Below, one piece after another: positions 25,053 to 32,000 of a DNA stretch of 32,000 nt. Source of the stretch: Pyrodictium abyssi (lineage in GTDB: Archaea; Thermoproteota; Thermoprotei_A; Sulfolobales; Pyrodictiaceae); NCBI RefSeq assembly GCF_036323395.1, contig NZ_AP028907.1, positions 1,170,001-1,202,000 of the forward strand, given 5' to 3'. Below the pieces are notes generated by a model, which had not been told where the DNA came from, ran no database searches, and saw nothing but the letters and a program-made list of their open reading frames with translations. The stretch's first letter is position 1. Every line of letters starts with the position of its first letter. The translations under genes and the position numbers were made by a program.

Positions 25053-26062
25053 GTGCTGAAGGCGGACAAGGTCGACGCGGGGGCCCTTAAGAGGCTCTGG
25101 AACCGGCTGGGCTTCCACGAGTACGGGCCGCCCTACGAGGCTAAGCGCGTCCTCGTGGAGCCGGGGCGCGGGAAGAGGCTCGAGGATATAGGCAGGTGCG
25201 ACCCGTCGAGAAGTTCCAGCCGGGCTGCATAGACTACGCTGAGGACGCGGTGGTCGTCGACCTGGTTAAGGCAGGGAAGAGGCAGAGCGTGGTCGCCAGG
25301 GTTATCGAGAAGAGGCTCCGCGACGCCCTAGCCGAGAAGGATCCCCGTGGCTCCTTGAGGCGGTAGAGGAGTACCGTGGCTATAAGGAGTCGTGGGGCGA
25401 GAAGCCGCTACTACTCCGCGACCTCGCCTCGGGCCTACTCGCTAGCGAGGCGGTGGCCATAGTCTACCCGCCCCGCCGTGGCTTCGGGCTGCTGGGGAAG
25501 AGGCCCCACCGCTGTGTGTGGAGGCTCTACAGCTCCAGGCTGAGGGCCAGGGTTGGGCGGGGACGGCCGTGTCCGCGTATACCGGGACACGGCGCTCGTG
25601 CAGCTAGACTCCCCGGTGGCGGGCGAGTACCAGGACTACACCTACGGGCTCCTCGTGGAGGGGCTCCACGGCTCGTCCCCGGAGCTCATAAGGCTCGGCC
25701 TAGCCACGCTCTGCGTCTACCTGAGGAGGGCCCACGGTGTCCCCCTGGGGCTCCTCAAGTACAGCGTCTACGCGCTCGGCGAGAAGAGGCTGATAGAGAT
25801 CCACGAGGAGGCTGCTGCCGGCCTACTGGTGCAGCTAGACTGGGCCCAGGTCTCCCGCGGCCTACAGGGCTACCGCCCAGGCGACCTGGACGAGATACTG
25901 CTGCTAGAGCTGGACGAGTACGCCTACCAGGCCCTAGAGAGCCTCGGCTTCGACTGGCAGCGCGCAGCCGCGGAGGCAGCGCGTATAGCCGATACGCTGG
26001 CCGGTAGGCAGAGGGTCGAAGTAGCCCTAGCAGGCCGTAGGATACGGGTGTCTAAGCCATAG
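25053..26062 (+). pseudogene. Hypothetical gene disrupted by about three frameshifts; the last intact frame is 25553-26062
   Basis: Coding-like, GC3-rich segments follow each other in different frames:
- 25053-~25200: VLKADKVDAGALKRLWNRLGFHEYGPPYEAKRVLVEPG.
- ~25200-25350: VEKFQPGCIDYAEDAVVVDLVKAGKRQSVVARVIEKRL.
- ~25350-25545: PWLLEAVEEYRGYKESWGEKPLLLRDLASG...
- 25553-26062: the 169-aa ORF.
The shifts fall at C/G runs. Confidence 0.5.
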
Positions 26063-26104
26063 AGGAGCCACGAAATCGGAAGCATAGCAGCCGTCGCGCA
26101 CCCG

Positions 26105-26635
26105 GTGGAGGTCGAGGGCCTCCAGGCAAAGCTCCTCCTAGCCGCCGTGGCCTACTACGACGGCTCGGACACGCTCTTCGCCGTGGACCTGGTCTTCCCG
26201 GGGCAGAGGAGGCCCCCGGACACGCTCCTAGAGCTGGAGATGAGGGTTCTATCCGACGTCGAGTACGAGGGGATGAGGCTGGCGGCCTTCGACCCCCGCG
26301 TCGAGGCCGCGGAGCTCCAGCGGGCTGGGCTACGCATGCTCTCCCGCATCGTAGAGTCCAGGGTCGTCAACGTCTCCAGGGAGCTAGAGACGCGGCTAGG
26401 CATCCGGGTAGAGGACCCAGCATGGCTCGCCGAGCACATACGCGTCGAGGACCAGGCCTGGGCAGAGCAGCCCAGCCCCGAGGACCTCCAGAAGGTGCTC
26501 GAAGCACTAGGCCAGAAGCTACGAGGCGCCCGCCCACCAGCATGGCTCGAAGACAGGCTCCGAAGGCTACTAACCGGCTTCGCCAGGGCAGTCTACCTAG
26601 CCCTACTAGCAGCCGAAGCCACGCAGCAGGGCTAG
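26105..26635 (+). CDS. Hypothetical protein
   Basis: 176 aa with a GTG start and host-like codon usage. It contains an internal near-repeat: RVEDPAWLAEH / RVEDQAWAEQ. No family was recognised. Confidence 0.55.
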   Translation: MEVEGLQAKLLLAAVAYYDGSDTLFAVDLVFPGQRRPPDTLLELEMRVLSDVEYEGMRLAAFDPRVEAAELQRAGLRMLSRIVESRVVNVSRELETRLGIRVEDPAWLAEHIRVEDQAWAEQPSPEDLQKVLEALGQKLRGARPPAWLEDRLRRLLTGFARAVYLALLAAEATQQG

Positions 26636-26724
26636 CCTTGTGCCCCCGCACGCCACGAGCCACGCCGTGGTTATGGGGCAGAGCGCCGGCGCATGGCCGC
26701 GCATCTACCGCTACCAGGGCCGGG

Positions 26725-27138
26725 TCATAGCACTAGTATGGTGTTTATGCCTAGCTTCTCCGCCGCTTCTGCTTGCTTTCTGTCGCATGTAAGGAGCCTA
26801 GCCCGGTGGCTAGCCGCCTGTGCGACGTATAGCGCGTCGTACACGGTCAACCCCGTGTCAATGGCTATTTCAAGCGCTTTTTCGAGATAGGCTTCCTCGT
26901 CCTCGACGGTGATTACTCTACCCTCTACAAGCCTCGTGAGCACCCTGTACTTCTCCAGGGCTACCGTCCTGCTTATAACCCGGTGGATAACAGCCGCCTT
27001 CCATACAGCGTTCAGCGTCTCCTTGAGCGCATGGTCCAGCGTAACACTCCTCTCCGCCACCAGGTACCTAGCGATACCTCTCCAACCCTCCTCCTTTAGG
27101 ACGTACTTGGCCAGCGCCGAGGCATCAACTACTATCAC
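26725..27138 (-). CDS. vapC: PIN-domain toxin VapC
   Basis: 137 aa. MIVVDASAL..., ...YDALYVAQA..., ...LLTCDRK. It overlaps the upstream antitoxin gene by 14 nt. Confidence 0.9.
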   Translation of the reverse strand: MIVVDASALAKYVLKEEGWRGIARYLVAERSVTLDHALKETLNAVWKAAVIHRVISRTVALEKYRVLTRLVEGRVITVEDEEAYLEKALEIAIDTGLTVYDALYVAQAASHRARLLTCDRKQAEAAEKLGINTILVL

Positions 27139-27355
27139 GGTCCTCCCTCACAGATCTAGCTGCGAAGCCCCTAGGTAGCTCTGGATGATTCTTCATCATC
27201 TCCTCTATCTCGCGGATAGCCTTTAGCCTCTCATAGTACTCTACCCGCTCCTCGAGGAACCTTACTATCTCGCTCCTCCAGTCCACAGTGTCCTTTAGCG
27301 CCTCAAGCCTCTTCTTAAGCTCCCGGGGTACCCGTATACTTAGTACCTCGCTCAC
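27125..27355 (-). CDS. vapB: VapB-type (RHH/CopG-like) antitoxin
   Basis: The GTG at 27355 gives (V)SEVLSIRVPRELKKRLEALKDTVDWRSEIVRFLEERVEYYERLK. The longer ORF to 27622 is non-coding-looking and runs through the repeat region and the mobB start. Confidence 0.75.
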   Translation of the reverse strand: MSEVLSIRVPRELKKRLEALKDTVDWRSEIVRFLEERVEYYERLKAIREIEEMMKNHPELPRGFAARSVREDRDSS

Positions 27356-27415
27356 ACCGTACACCGTGTATCCACGTACACCGTAGACCGTAATAATAGC
27401 GCTACCGTATACCGT
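27356..27415. promoter_or_regulatory. Three phased 12-nt boxes ACCGTANACCGT (24-bp spacing) in the vapB/mobB divergent intergenic region; candidate operator array
   Basis: The boxes start at 27356 (ACCGTACACCGT), 27380 (ACCGTAGACCGT) and 27404 (ACCGTATACCGT). An AT-rich TAATAATA lies between boxes 2 and 3. The array begins immediately upstream of the vapB start codon. Confidence 0.45.
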
Positions 27416-27499
27416 TACGCCTCGCCTCCGAGTTGCAGAGGCGAGGCCTTCTTTGACCCTCCGCCGTGCTCTCTGGGCGCCTAGGGGCTGTACCTGGGC

Positions 27500-27985
27500 T
27501 TGCAGCTCGTACTCGTGACCGGGTCCGGCAGCAAGGTTGGGAAGACCACGCTCGGGACGATGCTTGTCGGGAAGCTGGCCAGGCGGGGCCAGCGCGTAGC
27601 CGTGGTAAAGCACGTGCACCACGGGGTGGACTACCGGGTCAAGGACACAGGGCGCTACCTGGGAGCCGGCGCCCTGCGGGTCGCCGCACTAGGCCCCGGA
27701 GAGTACATGGTGGTCGAGAAGAGGCGCATAGGCCTCTGGGAGGCCCTCAGCCTACTAGGCGGCGCCGACGTGGTGGTCGTGGAAGGGTTCCGGGAGCAGC
27801 TAGGCGAGGTCCTCGGCCGCGGCGGCTGCGCCGTCTACATAGCCCGCGAGCCCGGCGAGGAGCCGCCGGTACGCAGCGAGAAGCTAGTAGTAACGGATAG
27901 CAGCGAGCTAGAACGTGCTCTCAGGACAGTGCTAGAGCTGCTAGATAGGGGGCTCTGCCAAGCTAACTGGCAACAGAGCCCCTAG
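27500..27985 (+). CDS. mobB: Molybdopterin-guanine dinucleotide biosynthesis adapter protein MobB
   Basis: 161 aa with a TTG start. LVLVTGSGSKVGKTTL (P-loop), VAVVKH, KDTGRY and ADVVVVEGF. Confidence 0.85.
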   Translation: MQLVLVTGSGSKVGKTTLGTMLVGKLARRGQRVAVVKHVHHGVDYRVKDTGRYLGAGALRVAALGPGEYMVVEKRRIGLWEALSLLGGADVVVVEGFREQLGEVLGRGGCAVYIAREPGEEPPVRSEKLVVTDSSELERALRTVLELLDRGLCQANWQQSP

Positions 27986-28032
27986 GAGGATGTTACGAAT
28001 CCGGCAGCATTTCCTAGAGTAATTCTCCAGGG

Positions 28033-28476
28033 TTAGCCCGGCTCTTGAAGTTGATCGAGTGATAGGACACGGGGTTCTTCGCCGAGTAGCTCTGCTAGTC
28101 TCTTTGCTTCTTTATTCACCTTCCTGGCGAGCTTTTTATCCTCCGTTATAAGGGTTAGGTGGTTTTCCGAAGCCGCTACTACGTAGGCTGAATCGTAGAA
28201 GGTAGTCCGGAGTTCATGAGCTACGGTAAGGACCAGAATAGGGTCCCTAGGAGCCACGATATTCATCCTCTCTATGAGAGCATAAGCGGCTTTTAGCACA
28301 TCCTTAGCCTCTACCACGGACAGAGTGCCCAGGAGTGTGGACTCCTTCCAGACGGCATTCCCGACCTTGTAGAGCGCCAAGCTTATGGTGTAACTGCCGC
28401 GTAGCACCTCGTATGCTCTTGACCCGTACCTTCTTATAGCCATTAGTATGCTAGAAGCGTCGAAGAGGGCTTTCAC
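28033..28476 (-). CDS. vapC: PIN-domain toxin VapC
   Basis: 147 aa. The GTG start overlaps the antitoxin stop (GTGA). MKALFDASSIL..., ...YDSAYVVAA..., ...LITEDKKL. Confidence 0.85.
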   Translation of the reverse strand: MKALFDASSILMAIRRYGSRAYEVLRGSYTISLALYKVGNAVWKESTLLGTLSVVEAKDVLKAAYALIERMNIVAPRDPILVLTVAHELRTTFYDSAYVVAASENHLTLITEDKKLARKVNKEAKRLAELLGEEPRVLSLDQLQEPG

Positions 28477-28703
28477 CTCTCCTCCCTCATTGACCTAATT
28501 GTTTCGACTATCCGCTCCTCCGGTACCTTCTCAAGGATCTTTCCAGCCCTCTCCAGCATCTTCTTTACTTCCTCTTCCTCCCTCTTGGCAACCTCTTCCT
28601 CCAGAGCTCTGTTTATAACCTCGCTGACATCAATACGGTACTTGCGGAGTTTATCCCAGAGTTCTTTCCGAATCCTCGTAGACACGGTAACATAAGACTC
28701 CAT
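28473..28703 (-). CDS. vapB: VapB-type antitoxin
   Basis: 76 aa. VTVSTRIRKELWDKLRKYRIDVSEVINRALEEEV has an RHH-like N-terminus and a charged helical tail. It overlaps vapC by 4 nt. Confidence 0.75.
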   Translation of the reverse strand: MESYVTVSTRIRKELWDKLRKYRIDVSEVINRALEEEVAKREEEEVKKMLERAGKILEKVPEERIVETIRSMREER

Positions 28704-28934
28704 AGCTGCTCCACCAGCACGTACTGCGTAAACCGTTGTGCAAATACATTACTCTGACTAGCATGCACAGGCCAGAGTCCGGCAGCGGGCTACAAGAACA
28801 GTGGATAAAGGCCACACATACTGTGGGAGCCAGAGCAGCTGATAGGCATAAGGGCTCCGCAACAGCCTGAGCCGTGTACGGCCTCTGCGCCGTCGGCGCC
28901 TAAGAGGGGCAGAAGAGGCTACAGAGAGGAGGGG

Positions 28935-29795
28935 GTGGCGGCTACGTCTGTCCTGCCTGGGGAGCTGTGGGGCCTCGTGGCCCGGTTGCTTGAGGCTCTT
29001 GACCGTGAGGAGTTGCGGTTCTCGGGGACGCGTACGCTCCGGGGCCACTCGCTCCTCGTGGCCTACTACGCCTCCGTCATAGCTGCTAGGCTTGGCCTGG
29101 ACCCCGTGGTGTACTACCTGGCGGGGCTCCTCCACGACTACGGTAAGCTGGAGGCACGGGCCCGGGGCCTAGACGAGGAGGAGTACACCGCCGGGGCGGC
29201 CCGGGGCCTGCTAGAGGGGCTCGGCGCGCCTAGGCAGCTAGCCGAGGCTGTCGCGGAGGTCCTCCGCCGCGGGACCACCGGCGACCCGGTGCTCGGCGAC
29301 GCCGACGTTGTCTCGAAGCTCGGGCTCCGAGGCCTCGCCGAGTTCGTGGCGAAGTGGACTGCGCGGGGCAGCGACCTTGCAGGGATGCTGGTCGAAGGGC
29401 TCCCCAGGGAGCTGACGGTGGCCCGTAACGTGGACAGGTACCTCTGCACCGGGGCCGCCAGGGAGATCGCAGCGCAGCTCGCCGGGGAGACGCTGGAGGC
29501 CTACAGGAGGCTCCTAGAGGAGGCTGAGGAGGCGCTAGGCCTAGGCCTCCGGCTAGAGGAGAGAAGCGTCGAGGACGTAACCGCCGTCTTCGTCGCGCTA
29601 GAGCGCTGCCCCCGCTGCCTCCGGGAGGGGCTCGAGAAGCGCCTAGAGCCGCGCCGAGGCCGAGTATGCAGGGGCTACAAGCTTGTGCACTGGTGCCCCC
29701 GCTGCGGCTGGACAGGTTCCGGCGGAGTATGCCTCCCGAGGAGGCGCTGCACAGGTTCAGAGGCTGGTGACGCGTGCCCGGCCTGCCGGGGGTAG
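28935..29795 (+). CDS. HD-domain phosphohydrolase-like protein with a C-terminal Cys-rich (zinc-ribbon-like) tail
   Basis: GHSLLVAYYASVIAARLGLDP....LAGLLHDYGKL (HD motif). The C-terminus is CPRC...CRGYKLVHWCPRC...CPAC. GTG start. Confidence 0.8.
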   Translation: MAATSVLPGELWGLVARLLEALDREELRFSGTRTLRGHSLLVAYYASVIAARLGLDPVVYYLAGLLHDYGKLEARARGLDEEEYTAGAARGLLEGLGAPRQLAEAVAEVLRRGTTGDPVLGDADVVSKLGLRGLAEFVAKWTARGSDLAGMLVEGLPRELTVARNVDRYLCTGAAREIAAQLAGETLEAYRRLLEEAEEALGLGLRLEERSVEDVTAVFVALERCPRCLREGLEKRLEPRRGRVCRGYKLVHWCPRCGWTGSGGVCLPRRRCTGSEAGDACPACRG

Positions 29796-29854
29796 ACGGT
29801 CTGCCTCCCATCCACGCGTAGTAGAACGTATCAGCCTCCGGCGCTACGGGGCGT

Positions 29855-30571
29855 GTGTCTGGGGTTTCTGGCCTCTTGGCCGAGGAGTGCAGGGTACGGG
29901 TCATAGGGCTTGTGGGCGGGGCTTTCCTGGACGAGGAGCACAGCGTGGAAGGGGCCTCCACCGCGGGCGAGCTGGTCGAGAGGCTCGGCCTGGGCGGCGC
30001 AGCGGTATACGCTGGCGGCAGGAGGCTCGAGCCCAGCGACCAGCTGCCAAGAGGCTGCCAGGGCGTAGCCGTGCTCGCCCCGCCGCCCGGCGTGCTGCTC
30101 GCCAGGGTAGCCGAGCCCGGAGAGAGGGTGGACCTCGACGGGCTCTCCCGGCTCATGGCCCGGCGCGCAACGCTACTGGGAGGCGGCGCCCTCGTAGCCT
30201 TCATGGGGTTCGTGAAGGGCCGGGTAGGCGGCGCGGAGGTCTCGAGGCTGGAGTACGAGGCGCTGGAGCCCCACGCCACCAGGAGGCTCCGGGAGCTCGC
30301 CGAGAAGTACGCAGGGCTCCCCGGCGTGATAGACGTCGCCGCTATACACTACCAGGGGGGCCTCGGGCCCGGCGACCCCACGATATACATCCTAGTAACC
30401 GCCGTGACCCGTAGCATCGCGTTCCACGCTGCCGCACTGCTGCTGGAGGAGGTCAAGCACAGTGTCCCGATATACAAGCTCGAGCGCCGTAGCGACGGCG
30501 ACTACTGGATACTAGGCGACGGCACAAGGATACCCCGAGGAACAGAACGACAAACACACCCACAACTATAA
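29855..30571 (+). CDS. moaE: Molybdopterin synthase MoaD-like/MoaE fusion
   Basis: The C-terminal ~140 aa (GALVAFMGFVKGR...LEYEALEPHA...IHYQGGLGPGDPTIYILVTAVTRSIAFHAAALLLEEVKHSVPIYKLE....YWIL) is MoaE. The N-terminal ~85 aa, ending VAVLAPPPG, is ThiS/MoaD-like. Confidence 0.85.
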   Translation: MSGVSGLLAEECRVRVIGLVGGAFLDEEHSVEGASTAGELVERLGLGGAAVYAGGRRLEPSDQLPRGCQGVAVLAPPPGVLLARVAEPGERVDLDGLSRLMARRATLLGGGALVAFMGFVKGRVGGAEVSRLEYEALEPHATRRLRELAEKYAGLPGVIDVAAIHYQGGLGPGDPTIYILVTAVTRSIAFHAAALLLEEVKHSVPIYKLERRSDGDYWILGDGTRIPRGTERQTHPQL

Positions 30572-30873
30572 ATCCTCTAGCACACGCCCGGAACTAAACT
30601 TGAAGTTCCAGCTCTAGTACTCAGCTTCCTCCGGCCAGGTTTCAACCACCTAGATACACGTCATCCTCAAGTCCATGAGCCAACTACAAAGCTCCTACCG
30701 ACTCATTACGACGTTATTCTGATATAATTTATAAATTAATAATTAATCTCTAGCCTCACCGTTTTGCAGCTCTAAAGACGAGCAGTAACTCTTACATCTT
30801 ACATTAATAACGAATATAAGCAAAGCCTATAATGTAATAAAAATAAACAAAGGTATAGACATTAGTAATCATC

Positions 30874-31950
30874 CTAGACGAGCAATTTAAGTATATCTAC
30901 GACTCGTCCTATTTCGCCTAAGAGATGTTCTAACAAACTCTCTTCTCCATTTTCATTTTTACGGTGAAGATATCTAATAACGGCTGCACGAGTACATGGT
31001 GCATTATTCTTGCCACTATTTGATTTAAATAGAGCAATATTTCTGAAAACATCACAGGTTACTTCTGATATAATCTTAGTATCATCCTGCATATTGATAT
31101 TCACTTTTTCTATACTCTTCATGCTGTCTTCAGGTATATATTTATCAGCGATACATTCGATTTTTCCTTCAATTCTTTTCCAGATATCCAGCTGGTAAAA
31201 GTTCAGAATAGGGTATATCTCCACATCTCCTATTTGTTTTCTAATTTTCTCTACTTCTTTAAAATCTTTGTGTATCTTATCTAAAATCTTTACATGTGAA
31301 AACGAATTTGTATGTGGGATGTCGGTTTGGCCTAAGCCGTGCCCGCCCCCCGTATTCCCCGTATTTCTACATTCTTTAGGTAAATCAGGTAAATCATATA
31401 GTAATGCGAGAGCCCTTGTATCTATTAAGTATATAATTCGTACTCTCATGCCTCGAGATACTACCTTCTCTTCCTTTCGGAGGAGTTCAACCAGCATCTT
31501 CAAGAGATCAGAGAAGTCTTTCGGGTTGAACGTTAGTATTGGTGATAAATCGATAATGACGTTTAGTGTGCTTTCCCCCTCTAAGTGTTGCAAGTGTTGC
31601 CTAATAATGTCCAAGATGCTAGCCACAATAAGTGCCGTATTTGATACAATGACTGCAAGCATCATATCTTTTTCCTTGGTTCCAGCTACATCGTAGATAT
31701 GCACCTTATCATTATCTCTAAGCATGTAGCGGTTAAATTTAATTACTTTGCCTACTTCATTATCTTCCGACCTCAACAGCAACGTTAGAGGAAAGGGTGT
31801 TGCAGGATCCAATGATATACATATGCTCTCGCCTTTATTATGCTGTCCAAAGGTGCTGCATAGTGCAGACGCTATAAGCGACTTCCCAGTACCACCCTTA
31901 TGCGAAGTAACAATATACAAGTTTATAACCGGATTATATCTGCCTGCCAT
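30874..31950 (-). CDS. ParA/MinD-like (SIMIBI) P-loop ATPase with a long C-terminal extension, in an AT-rich segment
   Basis: 358 aa. Deviant Walker A VTSHKGGTGKSLIASAL and a Walker B-like LNVIIDLSP. The ~170 C-terminal residues are unassigned. Confidence 0.7.
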   Translation of the reverse strand: MAGRYNPVINLYIVTSHKGGTGKSLIASALCSTFGQHNKGESICISLDPATPFPLTLLLRSEDNEVGKVIKFNRYMLRDNDKVHIYDVAGTKEKDMMLAVIVSNTALIVASILDIIRQHLQHLEGESTLNVIIDLSPILTFNPKDFSDLLKMLVELLRKEEKVVSRGMRVRIIYLIDTRALALLYDLPDLPKECRNTGNTGGGHGLGQTDIPHTNSFSHVKILDKIHKDFKEVEKIRKQIGDVEIYPILNFYQLDIWKRIEGKIECIADKYIPEDSMKSIEKVNINMQDDTKIISEVTCDVFRNIALFKSNSGKNNAPCTRAAVIRYLHRKNENGEESLLEHLLGEIGRVVDILKLLV

Positions 31951-32000
31951 CCCATATTACCTCCTAGCTTAGTTCATCACATAGGTAGAGAAGCGTTGCA

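Noticed and set aside
27356-27427. The 24-bp periodic repeats, considered as a mini-CRISPR array.
   Set aside because: Only the first 12 nt of each unit are conserved. There are three copies, no spacer-sized unique segments and no cas genes. The position fits an operator array instead.

Overview
This is a GC-rich archaeal chromosomal segment. It looks crenarchaeal and Aeropyrum-like: AGG/ATA/CTA-rich codon usage, many GTG/TTG starts and 4-nt GTGA gene overlaps. The organism call is inference only.

Backbone genes:
- A fragmented histidine-biosynthesis cluster: hisF(3' end)-hisD-hisE-hisH-hisI on the + strand, and hisB, hisA and hisG on the - strand.
- Thioredoxin, an HTH-phosphoribosyltransferase regulator, a Tat-signal BMP-family binding protein and an SDH/ClpP-fold protease.
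- Two vapBC pairs, mobB, an HD-domain protein and a MoaD-MoaE fusion.

Accessory DNA separates the his blocks:
- About 3.1-7.6 kb holds a heavily decayed OLD-like ABC-ATPase/TOPRIM gene, a PD-(D/E)xK-like ORF and an Arch_ATPase/DUF234 gene.
- About 9.7-19.2 kb is a sharply AT-richer island with no integrase, tRNA or clear att repeats. It carries three paralogous HEPN-like helical proteins and a GC-rich ATPase relic. It also carries a tightly coupled two-gene module that I read, from motifs only, as a divergent catalytically dead short-Argonaute-like (MID-PIWI) protein plus a PD-(D/E)xK nuclease. A small coiled-coil ORF and an intact split ABC-ATPase + TOPRIM/DUF4435-like pair (PARIS/OLD-like) complete it.
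- A second AT-rich segment begins near 30.6 kb with a ParA/MinD-like ATPase.

I found no rRNA, tRNA or CRISPR array. Several backbone genes show frameshifts at G/C homopolymer runs, which could be real decay or sequencing error. All family assignments come from motif reading by eye; no searches were run.
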